This document shows, in pieces, positions 46,740 to 57,236 of a stretch of DNA of 64,000 bases; positions within the stretch are counted from its first letter, which is position 1; each line of letters starts with the position of its first letter. The position numbers were made by a program, and so were the translations under genes. The notes beneath the pieces are model-generated. The model saw nothing but the letters and a program-made list of their open reading frames with translations. It did not search any database and was not told the origin of the DNA. Location of the stretch: positions 2,496,001 through 2,560,000 of the forward strand of contig CAWHFW010000005.1 in the NCBI GenBank assembly GCA_963828735.1, given 5' to 3'. This DNA comes from an uncultured Gemmatimonadales bacterium (GTDB lineage: Bacteria > Gemmatimonadota > Gemmatimonadetes > Gemmatimonadales > GWC2-71-9).

Positions 46740-48707
46740 TTAGCGCACGTGGATCGCCACGCTCACCGTGGGCGGCAGCGTGGGCCCGGGTGGCGAGCCC
46801 GATGGCGGTGGGGCGTCTGACGGGGGCGGAGGGCCGGCGGCCTGCGCAGGCGAGGGGGCAGGCGTTGGAGGCACCAATCCGAACCTGAGCGTCAGCTCCT
46901 GCGCGGTGGCCGGAGTGTACTCGAAATCGTAGATCTCCCCGGGATCGAACACGACCACCGCGGCGCGCGGAGCGCTCTGCGATGGAGGCAGCGGATATCC
47001 GTCCTTCGCCACCGGACGCCAGTCGATCGGCGCGTCGCCGGCGCTCAGTGAGACCTGCAGCGGCGAGTCGCCGGCGAGGTTGAACAGCCGCAAGCGGTAT
47101 CGGGTACCGGCCTTGAGATCCATCGCTTCCGGCTGCGTCTTCCCATTCATGACGAAGTTGGGGAAGGGGCCGAAGACCGGATTGGTGGCGGTGCCCGCCG
47201 TGCCGAAGAACAAGATCTTGTCCGTCACCGGATCGAAGCGCTCCCCGGGCTCCAGCACGATGATCGGCCCGTACAAGCCGCTTCCCATCTGCATCGCTTC
47301 GTTGAAGTGCGTGTGGTACATGAACGAGCCGGCACGCGGCGGCGTCCAGCGGACCGTGAGCGAGTCGCCCGGAGCGATGGACGGAAGAATGGACTTCCCC
47401 GACCCGCTCCATCCCGGCACCCCATCCGGATAGCTCTCGAGCTCTATGCCGTGCCAGTGGACCGCGGCGGGTTCCTGGGACGTGTTGACGAGCGTGACCG
47501 CGACGCGCTTGTTCCGCTCGAGCAGGAGCAGTGGCCCCGGCACGGGCAACGCGGTGGAATCCCCCGCCTCGGGTGTGCCGTCGAGGACGTACGACATGCC
47601 GGCCTGTGATCCGTAGACGTTCGCCCGCTCGCGCAGGACGATCCGCAGGGCGCGCGGCGTCTCCGTCGACGCCAGGTTCGGCCCCTTGGGCGCGATGTTG
47701 ATTCCCATCACGAGCCCGAACATCTGGTGCGGACGATCGGACATGTGATGATCCAGCATGCCGGCGTCCAGCTCGCCGTTCTCCGTGTCCAGCTCGACCA
47801 GCTTCGAGAGATGCGTGGCGTAGTGGCAGTGATAGATCCAGTTCCCCGGCCGCGCCGCGGCCCAGGACAGCGACATGGTGCTGAACGGCTGGAGGATCTC
47901 CGTGACACCCATCCGCCGCTGCTCCGGGGTGTAGATCGAGTCCGCCAACCCGTTGCCCTTCGAGTCGGTGCGGAAGTAGAAGCCGTGGAGGTGCATGGGG
48001 TGATCGAGCTCGGTGAGATTGACCACCCGCCAGTGCACCGAGTCGCCCTGCGTGTAGCTCAAGCGCTCCGTGTGCGGCCAGGAGAGCCCATTGATCGCCA
48101 TGGTGCACCGGCTCAATCCCGACGGGCTCGACGGCGCCACCGCGCACCACCAGGAGATCGCGAAGATGCGGTCGGCCGGCTTGCGCGGCGCGTCCGGCGG
48201 GTCCACGACGATGACGCCGTGGAGCTGCATGTCCTCGGCGAGCCGGAGGCCACTCGGATCGACCCCGCGCTTTGCGTAGTAGTAATACGTCCCCGGCGCG
48301 GTCGCCTTGAGCTGGAGCGGCGCCGTGCCGTTCACCGGGATGGTGACCGAGTCCGGCTGCCCCTGCACCTTGCCGAAGCCGTAGACGGTGAGCGGCCTGT
48401 CCAGCCGATTTCGAACGGTCGCGCGGATCTCGGTGCCCTGCGGGACGCGAATGACGGGGCCGGGTGTGGAGAGCGCCTTGCCCGACTCCCCGAACGCGGC
48501 CACGTCGAGGCCACGGCCGCTGTCACCATCGGGCCGCCACACGCCGGTTCGCGCCTCGATCGCGACGGTCAGGACCCCGTGCTCGAGAGTACCGCTGGGC
48601 CGGCGGTTGTCGTTGGGGAGGATGCGATCGGCCGCGGGCGGCCGCGCCGACGCGGTCGCGAGGGACCCGAGAGCGACCAGCGCGGCGTATGCGATCCACT
48701 TCGGCAT
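46740..48707 (-). CDS. Multicopper oxidase with atypical domain order
   Basis: HPMHLHG and HCHYATH occur before HWHG and YHTH; signal peptide. Confidence 0.88.
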   Translation of the reverse strand: MPKWIAYAALVALGSLATASARPPAADRILPNDNRRPSGTLEHGVLTVAIEARTGVWRPDGDSGRGLDVAAFGESGKALSTPGPVIRVPQGTEIRATVRNRLDRPLTVYGFGKVQGQPDSVTIPVNGTAPLQLKATAPGTYYYYAKRGVDPSGLRLAEDMQLHGVIVVDPPDAPRKPADRIFAISWWCAVAPSSPSGLSRCTMAINGLSWPHTERLSYTQGDSVHWRVVNLTELDHPMHLHGFYFRTDSKGNGLADSIYTPEQRRMGVTEILQPFSTMSLSWAAARPGNWIYHCHYATHLSKLVELDTENGELDAGMLDHHMSDRPHQMFGLVMGINIAPKGPNLASTETPRALRIVLRERANVYGSQAGMSYVLDGTPEAGDSTALPVPGPLLLLERNKRVAVTLVNTSQEPAAVHWHGIELESYPDGVPGWSGSGKSILPSIAPGDSLTVRWTPPRAGSFMYHTHFNEAMQMGSGLYGPIIVLEPGERFDPVTDKILFFGTAGTATNPVFGPFPNFVMNGKTQPEAMDLKAGTRYRLRLFNLAGDSPLQVSLSAGDAPIDWRPVAKDGYPLPPSQSAPRAAVVVFDPGEIYDFEYTPATAQELTLRFGLVPPTPAPSPAQAAGPPPPSDAPPPSGSPPGPTLPPTVSVAIHVR

Positions 48708-48972
48708 TGAGGCATTCCTCGCGTGAGTGGACCGGAGGCGGCGTGGTCGCGCGCTACGGCGATGTCGGACCCGCCACGAGCGCGGCGGTCGGGGTCGATT
48801 GCGCTGCGTAACACTGCAGCGAGTTGGCTTGTTGGGAGGCTGTGATTGCAAGATGGAGCCAAATGCGGGGTCTCGCCAGTCGAGCACCAGGCGCCGGGAT
48901 GTATCGGAGGTCACGTTTGCCGACCCCGGAAAGCGGACAGCCCTCGCCTCCTGCGCGAGCACTGCGCTCGGC

Positions 48973-49857
48973 TCACGGGTGCCGTTTCGAGCCCCGAGTA
49001 GCGATGCGCGTCTCCGCCGCGGCCCAGCCCGCTTCGAGCGGATGCCCGGGCCGGTCGAGATCGATCACCAGCGGCGCATGGTCGGAAGGGGTCGGCTTGC
49101 CTTTCCGGGCCTCGCGATCGATCTCCGCCCAGACGGTGCGTTCGGCCAGCGCGCGCGTCACCAGCAGATGGTCGATCCGCATCCCGAAATTCTTGTGAAA
49201 GGCGCCGGCCTGATAATCCCACCAGGTGTAGCGACCGGGCTCGGCGTGGTGGAGCCGGTAGGCGTCCATTAGTCCCCAGCGGCCGAGCCGGGCGAACGCG
49301 TCTCGCTCCGCCGGCGAGACGTGGGTACCACCGTGACACGCCTCGGGATCCCAGACGTCCCGGTCCTCGGGCGCGATGTTGAAGTCCCCGCCGATCACGA
49401 GGACCCCGCCTGGATCGGCCGCCGCCTCGAGCCAGTGGACCAACCGGTCGTACCAGGCGAGCTTGGCCGCATAGAACCGCGAACCGACCGTCCGCCCGTT
49501 CGGTGCGTACAAGCACACCACGCGCACGCCGCCGCAGGTGGCCGCCATCATCCGCGCCTCGGCCAAGGGCTCGTCGTCTCCGACTTCGGGCGTCGGGTCC
49601 GCCCGGAGCGGCTCGCCGAAGTTGGTGACCACGTCCTCCACAGGTAAGCGGCTCGCGATCGCGACGCCGTTCCATTGCCCCTGCCCGTAGTGCGCCAGCT
49701 CGTAGCCGGCGTCGCGAAGCGCGGCGGCCGGCGCGGCGCCGTCGGCGAGCTTGGTCTCCTGCAGCAGCAGCACGTCCGGCCGGGCCCGCTCCAGCCACCA
49801 GAGCACCTTCTCAAGCCGCGCCTTGAGCGAGTTCACGTTCCATGTGGCGATGCGCAC
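48973..49857 (-). CDS. xth: Exodeoxyribonuclease III
   Basis: ATWNVNS, LQETK, GDFN, YTWWDY, RIDH, SDHAP. Confidence 0.95.
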   Translation of the reverse strand: MRIATWNVNSLKARLEKVLWWLERARPDVLLLQETKLADGAAPAAALRDAGYELAHYGQGQWNGVAIASRLPVEDVVTNFGEPLRADPTPEVGDDEPLAEARMMAATCGGVRVVCLYAPNGRTVGSRFYAAKLAWYDRLVHWLEAAADPGGVLVIGGDFNIAPEDRDVWDPEACHGGTHVSPAERDAFARLGRWGLMDAYRLHHAEPGRYTWWDYQAGAFHKNFGMRIDHLLVTRALAERTVWAEIDREARKGKPTPSDHAPLVIDLDRPGHPLEAGWAAAETRIATRGSKRHP

Positions 49858-49860
49858 CGT

Positions 49861-50595
49861 CTACCCCACGACGAGCCCGACGTCGAATCGCGCAGCGTAG
49901 CCCTCGTCCGCTTGCGTCGGGGCCAGCAGCAGCTGCCCTCCACCGCGGGCGAAGATCTCGTCGTCCGCGTTCCGGTCGCGGCGCTTTCCTTTGGCCGCGT
50001 ACGGCGCCTTGGAATGGACCTGGGACGTCAGCTCGTCATCGAAGTAAAGCTGGGAGGTGAACTCGTGTCCCCGCTCCGCTCCCGGATCGGTGCGGACCTT
50101 GAAATGGATGTGCACGGTCCGGCCGGCGTACCACCCGGGATAGATCGTTCGGAAACGGGCCTCCCCCCTGGCATCGGTGATCTGATAGCCCCGAAGGAAA
50201 CGCTGCCCGACGGTGTTGAACCCGGGATCTTCGACGTCGGAGTACACTCCCGCCGCATCGCAGTGCCAGATGTCTACGTGGGCGCCGGCCAGGGGGGCGC
50301 AGGCTCCCTGGTCGAGCCGGGACAGGACAAAGGTGAGCGCCAGCGGTGTCCCTTCCTTCACCACGCCGCTCTTGGGATCGGCCCGGATGTCGGACCGGTT
50401 GAGCTTCTCGTCGACGAAGTAGGGACCCGCGGTCTGCTCGGGGCGGACGACGCATCCCGGAGCCGGTCGCCCTGTTGTCGGCCAGGCGAGGCCGGGAGTA
50501 GTGCGGCCCAGCAGCGCGAGGCCGGACACGCCAAGCACCGCGAGTGCCTCTCGGCGAGTCAGCACTCGTCCTACCGGTGAGTCGTCGCGATCCAT
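49861..50595 (-). CDS. Intradiol ring-cleavage dioxygenase-like protein with Tat signal
   Basis: TRRE signal, GPYF, IWHCDA.G.Y, YPGWY.GR..HIH. Confidence 0.88.
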   Translation of the reverse strand: MDRDDSPVGRVLTRREALAVLGVSGLALLGRTTPGLAWPTTGRPAPGCVVRPEQTAGPYFVDEKLNRSDIRADPKSGVVKEGTPLALTFVLSRLDQGACAPLAGAHVDIWHCDAAGVYSDVEDPGFNTVGQRFLRGYQITDARGEARFRTIYPGWYAGRTVHIHFKVRTDPGAERGHEFTSQLYFDDELTSQVHSKAPYAAKGKRRDRNADDEIFARGGGQLLLAPTQADEGYAARFDVGLVVG

Positions 50596-50821
50596 GCGAT
50601 TCCTCCAGGAAGGCTGTGAAGGTTGAACGGTCTCACCTGACGTCGTCGGACCGGAAAGGTAATGCTTGGCCCACCGGCCGAGTGACCATGAAAGCGAACG
50701 CGCGACTAGATATCATGGGTGTCGGAAGGTCACGGCGGACCAGCAGCGCTGACCCTCGAACCCGTGGTTCCCGTCAGTGGCCGGCGACATCGTCACCAGG
50801 ACTGAGGAAGGATTGCTTCAC

Positions 50822-51853
50822 ATGCGTGCAACCGTCATGTACAGTGCTGGCGACGTGAGGGTAGAAACGGTCCCGGATGCCCATCTCACCGAGCCAACCG
50901 ACGCCCTCCTCATCGTCACGCGGGCCTGCATCTGCGGCAGCGATCTGTGGCCATACAAGTCGATGGCGCCGAACGAAAAAGGCCGGCGCATGGGACATGA
51001 GTTCATCGGCGTCGTCGAGGAGGTTGGAGCTGAGGTCCGCACGATCAAGCCGGGCGACCTGGTTGTCGCTCCCTTCGCCTGGTCGGACGGCACCTGTGTG
51101 TTCTGCCGTGAGGGACTGCAGACCTCCTGTCTCCACGGTGGCTGGTGGGGCGGGGACCTCGACGGAGGCCAGGGCGAGGCGGTGCGGGTCCCACAGGCGG
51201 ACGGGACGCTCGTCGTGCTGCCTGTGGACCGCGACGATGCGCTGATGCCGTCGCTCCTCACGCTTTCAGACGTCATGGGAACCGGCCACCATGCAGCCCT
51301 CGCGGCAAAGGTCGGCCCCGGCAGGAGCGTGGCCGTGGTGGGCGACGGCGCGGTCGGTCTGTGCGGTGTGATCGCCGCCCGCCGGCTGGGCGCCGAGCAA
51401 ATCCTCTTGCTGGGCCGTCATCCGGACCGGATCGCGCTGGCGAAGGAGTTCGGGGCGACGGACATCGTCAGCGAGCGGGGCGAGGAAGCGATTCAGCGCG
51501 TGCGTGATCTCACCGGCGGCCTCGGCGCACACTCCGTTCTCGAATGCGTGGGCCTCGAGCAGTCGACCGTCACCGCGCTCAGCATCGCCCGTGCGGGCGG
51601 TGCGGTCGGCCGCGTCGGCGTTCCCCAGGAAGGGTCGATTCCGGCGGCGATACCGACCTTCTTCGGCAACATCACCATCGGCGGCGGGCCGGCTCCGGCT
51701 CGCGCCTATATCGAGGAGCTCCTGCCGGACGTGCTGCAGGGGCGGATCACTCCGGGCCGGGTGTTCGACCGCACCACCGACCTGGAGGGGGTACCGGATG
51801 GCTACCGGGCCATGGATGCGCGCGAGGCCATCAAGGTGCTGATCGATTTTTGA
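50822..51853 (+). CDS. Zinc-dependent alcohol dehydrogenase family protein
   Basis: CICGSD, GHE, LSDVMGTG, GDGAVG. Confidence 0.92.
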   Translation: MRATVMYSAGDVRVETVPDAHLTEPTDALLIVTRACICGSDLWPYKSMAPNEKGRRMGHEFIGVVEEVGAEVRTIKPGDLVVAPFAWSDGTCVFCREGLQTSCLHGGWWGGDLDGGQGEAVRVPQADGTLVVLPVDRDDALMPSLLTLSDVMGTGHHAALAAKVGPGRSVAVVGDGAVGLCGVIAARRLGAEQILLLGRHPDRIALAKEFGATDIVSERGEEAIQRVRDLTGGLGAHSVLECVGLEQSTVTALSIARAGGAVGRVGVPQEGSIPAAIPTFFGNITIGGGPAPARAYIEELLPDVLQGRITPGRVFDRTTDLEGVPDGYRAMDAREAIKVLIDF

Positions 51854-51949
51854 TCGCATTGACGGAAGGGCACCAACTGGAAGCGCCACGTCAGCGTACC
51901 TGGTGTGGCGCTCGTATTGACGGGCGGATGCGGGACGGCGAGTGCCGTC

Positions 51950-52453
51950 TCAGTGCGCCAGGGGGATGCGCGCCGCGAGCTCCATCTGGGCCACCAGGGA
52001 TAGCCGCCGGTCGATCTGCATCGCTCGCACGGCGAGCTTGGTGGGCAGCGCCTTCTGGAACTCGGCCAGCCACTTCTTCCGCAGGGCGTTCATCCTGGCA
52101 TCCCGCTCGAGGTGGGCGTTCATGAGGCCGAGTGCCGCCGCGTCATCCAGGCTATCGTAGCCGGCCACATACTTCTGGATGCCCTTGAGCTGCTCGTCCA
52201 TGATGGCGTTCTGCTCCTTCTGGTAGGCCTCGAAGACCGGCCAGAATTTTGCCGCCTGCTCCGCGGTGAGCGTCAGGTTCTTTGCCATGATGTCGGCTCT
52301 GCTGCTCTGCATGTCCGCACGCAGGGTTTTCAGGACGTCATCCACCGACGGGGCCGGCGCCGTGGTGGTCGAGGCCTGCTGTGCTGGCGTCTGGGCCTGC
52401 GCAGAGCGGACGACGAAACACACGGCCAAGAGCCATGGCAGAATCCGGTGCAT
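51950..52453 (-). CDS. Secreted alpha-helical protein (Spy/CpxP-like)
   Basis: Signal peptide AQA; LTLTAEQAAKFWPV motif. Confidence 0.65.
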   Translation of the reverse strand: MHRILPWLLAVCFVVRSAQAQTPAQQASTTTAPAPSVDDVLKTLRADMQSSRADIMAKNLTLTAEQAAKFWPVFEAYQKEQNAIMDEQLKGIQKYVAGYDSLDDAAALGLMNAHLERDARMNALRKKWLAEFQKALPTKLAVRAMQIDRRLSLVAQMELAARIPLAH

Positions 52454-52861
52454 CGCTGTTCCTCCAGATTGCAAAAGGGAGCACACGCTATCCCGAACCC
52501 CTAGCGCACCCAAACGAAACGGCCGCCCGAGCGCCCGGCCACGGCGCCGAGTCGGTGGGGTCCGGGCTATCCATCGCAGATCTAAGGAAGACGGTAAGGA
52601 CTTGTTCTATCTGTGATTCGCTCGATCGAAGCTGTCGCCCAGGGGCCAGAGAGGGCACTGGACTTTGGTATAGCCCGTGACCCCGAGGGGCCTCAATGCG
52701 CCTCTCGATGAGCCCATCCGAAGGCGAAAGGGAGCGAGCCGATGGGCGCTAGTATCCAGGTGTACAGGCCCGTATATTGAATGGCCGGTCCTGCCTAGAC
52801 TGGATCAACCCTAGCCCAGCTGGATTCCCCAAGGACCCCGCGCCTTCACGACGAGGCCCTG

Positions 52862-53878
52862 TTGCCCGAACATCAATCCGCCTTTTCATACTCCGTCGGC
52901 CCCGAGCCTCATCGCAACCGCACCAAACAGATCCTTCGGCGGCATCCCGAGGTCCGAGCACTCATTGGCCCAAGCCCGGTCACCTTCTGGTGCATTCTGG
53001 GACTCGTGGGCCTGCAGTTCGGCGTCGCGTGGTTCGTGGCAGATCGGCCGGTTTGGCTGATGCTTGCGCTGGCCTACACCGTCGGGGCGTTCGCCAGCCA
53101 TGGGCTCTTCGTCATGATCCATGAGTGCGCCCACCGTCTGGTCTTCCGGCGGCGACTGCCGAACATTCTGACGGGTATCGTCGCGAACCTCCCGCTCTTC
53201 GTGCCGGGCTCGTTCTCCTTTCAGAAGTACCACCTCAAGCACCACGCCTATCAGGGCGTCTACGACCTCGATGCCGACATACCGAGTCTGTGGGAGGCTC
53301 GACTCATCGGGCGCTCCCCCCTCGGGAAAGCGCTCTGGCTCATGCTGTATCCGCTGTTCCAGGCCGTGCGCTCGTTTCGGGTGAAGGAAGTGCCACCGCT
53401 CGACGCGTGGACGCTGACGAACCTCGCCATCCAGATCGGCATCAACCTGGCCGTCTACCTGATGTGGGGTCCGATGTCGCTCGCCTATCTGGTGCTGGCG
53501 TTCTTCTTTTCCATCGGCCTCCACCCGTTGGGGGCGCGCTGGATCCAGCGGCACTACCTCGTGGACGGTGGAGAGCAGGAAACCTTCAGCTACTATGGCA
53601 AGCTCAATCTTTTGACGTTCAACGTGGGATACCATAACGAACACCACGATTTCCCCTCGGTGCCGTGGCATCGGTTGCCCAGGATCCGTGCGGCGGCACC
53701 CGAGGCCTACCTCGATCTCACCGCACACACGTCGTGGACGCGGCTCCTCTTCAGATTCCTCTTCGACCCCGAGATCTCGCTGTATTCACGAATGACGCGG
53801 GCGCATGCAGCCGACGGACTCTTGAACCGCACGGTAGGCGGCCGCCCATCGTCCGCGGAAGCTGCCCGGGTTTCGTAG
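52862..53878 (+). CDS. Fatty acid/sphingolipid desaturase (DES1-like)
   Basis: EPHR.R.K.IL..HPE N-terminus; HECAH, HLKHH, HNEHH boxes; GLHPLGA. Confidence 0.85.
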   Translation: MPEHQSAFSYSVGPEPHRNRTKQILRRHPEVRALIGPSPVTFWCILGLVGLQFGVAWFVADRPVWLMLALAYTVGAFASHGLFVMIHECAHRLVFRRRLPNILTGIVANLPLFVPGSFSFQKYHLKHHAYQGVYDLDADIPSLWEARLIGRSPLGKALWLMLYPLFQAVRSFRVKEVPPLDAWTLTNLAIQIGINLAVYLMWGPMSLAYLVLAFFFSIGLHPLGARWIQRHYLVDGGEQETFSYYGKLNLLTFNVGYHNEHHDFPSVPWHRLPRIRAAAPEAYLDLTAHTSWTRLLFRFLFDPEISLYSRMTRAHAADGLLNRTVGGRPSSAEAARVS

Positions 53879-54189
53879 CTCGCGGCCCGTAAGCGCTCGG
53901 GCAGCGACCTCACGGCCCGACCCCCGCACTCGCATCACCTGACCGGCGACCGCCCGCGCATCCGCTGAAAGGCGGCCCTCCAGCTCGCCCGCGGACTCCA
54001 GTACCCCAGCCCACAAGACCCAGTCCCCAAATTCCAGCCCAAACCCACCAGTCCCGGTGCCCCTCCGCCGGGCCGGAGAGACAGGAGACACCTGCACTAA
54101 CATCCGGGTGTCGGCCCAGCCCCCCTTTCCTAGATTCGGGCAGGGCGTGCAGTCGGGCTCCCCCTTCCACCTACTCTTTGGAGGAGAGC

Positions 54190-54717
54190 ATGAGTACCTA
54201 TCGCGCGTGGTACCTGTCACTTGCCGCGTTCCTGATGGTCGCCGGCCCGCTGCCGGCACAGGAGTCGGCCCCACCGCTCAAGATGATCTACGCCGTCTGG
54301 AAGGACACGACAGGGGCCGCGAGCACCGTCAAGCACATGACCAAGGATGCCAAGGACATGGTCCAGGCCTATGCGGTCCTCACCAAAGACAGCACCGGCA
54401 AGGTGGAGGTCAAGCAGAGGCACAATCAGGCTGGCGGCTCCGTCGCGGCCTTGCAGGCCAGCCAGGTCGTCGACACCGCGATCGCAAGGCTCAGTGCGCC
54501 CCTCCCGACTGCTGCCGACTCCGCCAGCGGCTACGCGCCGAGTGGGACGGCCAGGCGTTTGTCGGACGAGGACTTCGTGAAGATCCACGGCATGTTCAAC
54601 CCCGGCGAATCAGCCCTGATCCTCATGTCGGCGAAGCCGGACGTCTCGCAGATCGAGCGCACCCTGGGTCTGGGAGCGCAGAGTAACGCCGAGATCGTCG
54701 AGTTGGAGGTCAAGTAA
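54190..54717 (+). CDS. Secreted hypothetical protein (DUF1269-like)
   Basis: GGAGGAG RBS; signal peptide; AVLTKD..GKV.V and PGESALIL motifs. Confidence 0.55.
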   Translation: MSTYRAWYLSLAAFLMVAGPLPAQESAPPLKMIYAVWKDTTGAASTVKHMTKDAKDMVQAYAVLTKDSTGKVEVKQRHNQAGGSVAALQASQVVDTAIARLSAPLPTAADSASGYAPSGTARRLSDEDFVKIHGMFNPGESALILMSAKPDVSQIERTLGLGAQSNAEIVELEVK

Positions 54718-54801
54718 TAGGCGGGGCGATGGGCGGCGGCCGTGCAGACGTCCCCCCTCGAGTCCGTCGCTTGCCCGCCACGAACTCGGGGTGCCTACGG
54801 T

Positions 54802-57155
54802 CTACTGCCCTTCGAGCCGGCGTGCCAAGGCGAGAAACCGAGAGTCCTTCCGCAGCGACGCCAGCCGCGGATCGATCAGCACGTACGCGAGAACGGTCGA
54901 GCGTTCCTCGTACGCGCGCTCGAGATCGCGGAGCGCTTGGTCGCGCTCGCCGAGACCGGCGTGCACCAGGGCGAACCAGTAGGCAGGCACGTAGCTTCGG
55001 GTCGCGGCCTCGCGCAACGCGGCGAGAACGCTCCGCGCCCGGGCCGTGTTGCCGGCCACCGCGTAGGCATGGCCGAGGGACGACTTGCGGAGGTTGCTGC
55101 TGCCGCTGATCGGCTCCAACAGCGCGATCGCCCGGTCGGGTTTCCCCTGCTGTTCGGCCACGAGTGCCAGCCCCCATTTGGCCAGCACATCGCTGGAGTC
55201 GCTCTTGAGAACATCGCGCAGCCGGCGGTCCGCCTCGTCGTAGCGACCCGCGAAGTAGTCGAGCAGGGCGCGGTTGGACTGCAGTGCGAGCGACAGCGGG
55301 TCCAACTCCACGGCCCGGCCGAGCTGCGCGATGGCTTCGCCGAGCCGGCGGCGTGACGCGAGAAAGCGGCTGTAGGAGAAGTACGCGTCGGCATAGTTGG
55401 GCCGCAGCTCGAGCGCGCGCTTGAACTCCTGCTCGGCGGCCCGCCAATCCCATTCGTAGTAGGCCCGGATGTACGCGTTGGCGGCGTGCGCTTCCGCCAG
55501 CGTCTCGTCCAGTCGGAGGGCCTGAACCAGCGCCGCCCGGGCTTTGGGCAGCACCTCCGCCGGCGACACGTTGGTATAGAAAGGAAGCGCGGTGTAATAG
55601 TTGGCCATGCCGACGTAGGCGGGCGCCCAATCGGGAGCCATCTGGATCGCGTAGTCGAACAGCTTGCGGGACTGCTCCAGCTCGCCGCGATCCAGATAGA
55701 AGCGGCCCCGCAGGTAGGCGTCGTACGCCCGCTGATCAATTTTGCGGCGCGCCTCGAGGCGGCTTTGCTCGGCGCCCTTGACGTCGGCCTTGATCGAGCC
55801 GGTGATGGCGAGCGTGATCTGCCGTTGGAGGTCCGGCAGCTCTCCCAGGCCACTCTGATACTCTCTCGCGAAGAGGAGCATGCTGTCCCTGGCCTGGAGG
55901 AGTCGTACGCTCACCCGTACGCTATCGCCCACCTTTCGGATCGAGCCTCGTACCACGGCGTCGACGCCGAGGTCGCTCGCCAGCTCGGCCAGCGAACGTG
56001 TCGTCCCCTGGGCTGCGGCACCCGACGAGCGCGAGATCACCTTCAGGGAGCCGATCTCGGCCAGATCGGCTATGAGCCCGTCCGTCATCCCCTCCCCGAG
56101 GTAGGCGCTGTCCGGGCCCGCCGCCACGTCCTGGAACGGGAGAACTGCGACCGCGGTGAGCCGAGGCGTGCCTCCGTGACCCCCGAGCGCGCTTCGCCCC
56201 GCCACGAGCCACCATCCGATCGCGGCCACCAGCCCGGCGGCGCTGAGGACGGCCATCAGCCGCCGGCTCATCCGCGGCCGCGGTCGGCTCAGCGTCGGGG
56301 CAGACACGGCGGTAGCCGCCGACGAGACGGGCGACGCGAGCGCGTCCAGGAACCGCTGAATCGAGGCAAATCGGTCGGCCGGCACCTTCGCCATGGCCTG
56401 CACGATGGCTGTCTCAACGCCCTGCCGGCACCGTCTGACGAACCGATCGCAGGCTGGGTACCGGGATCGAGTGAGTGCCGGGCGACGACTGCCTGAGATG
56501 ACGGCCCGGTGAAAGGCGGCCCACCACTCAGCATCTCGTACAGGGTGCATCCAAGGCTGTACTGATCGCTCCGGCCGTCTACCGCACCTCCGCTGGCCTG
56601 TTCCGGGCTCATGTACTGCGGCGTGCCAACGACCATGCCGGTCAGTGTGAGCGGCTCCGCGCTCGCGGCGTCCAGTGCCCGGGCGATGCCGAAGTCGGCG
56701 ACCACGGCCTGGCCCGCGGACAGCATGATGTTCTCGGGCTTGATGTCCCGGTGGACGACCCCGTGCTCGTGGGCGTACTGGAGGGCGCTGCCGACCTCGC
56801 GGGTGATCTGAAGCGCGGCATCGAGCGGAAGCTGCTGTTCCCGCGCGAGCCGCTGCCGGAGGGACTCCCCTTCGGCAAACGGCATGACGTAATACAGCAG
56901 GCTGCCGGCCTGCCCCGAGTCATACAGCGGGAGAATGTGCGGGTGCTGGAGTGTCGCGGCGAGCTCGATCTCACGCAGGAACCGCTCGCTGCCAAGAACG
57001 GCCGACAGCTCGGGCTTGAGCAGCTTGATGGCGACGCGCCGGTGGTGCTTCAAGTCCTCGGCGAGAAAGACGACCGCCATCCCACCGCGTCCAACCTCTC
57101 GCTCGACGCGGTATCGCTCGCCGAGCGCCGTCCCAAGCTGCTCGAGGAGCTCCAT
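54802..57155 (-). pseudogene. Ser/Thr kinase - TM - TolB_N-like - TPR protein split by frameshifts
   Basis: Kinase motifs in 56289-57155; AVLPF and TPR repeats in 54802-56550; two apparent single-base insertions near 56463 and 56421. Confidence 0.85.
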
Positions 57156-57236
57156 GGCCGACCCTTTCCGCCTGTCGAGCCAATGTGTCCCGCGCTTTCG
57201 GGGCTGGCAAGGAACCGACCTAGCCGGCCGAGGGTG

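Noticed and set aside
46369..48150. 928-aa ORF 45364..48150
   Set aside because: Only 45364-46368 is nitroreductase-like. The upstream part is an alternative frame of the multicopper oxidase, a GC-rich shadow.
52690..52750. Possible riboswitch upstream of the desaturase (GCCCATC..GATGGGC)
   Set aside because: Only a short inverted repeat; no recognisable aptamer consensus.
53990..54065. C-rich CCAGTCCCC-like low-complexity tract
   Set aside because: Irregular, with no fixed period; a function cannot be supported.
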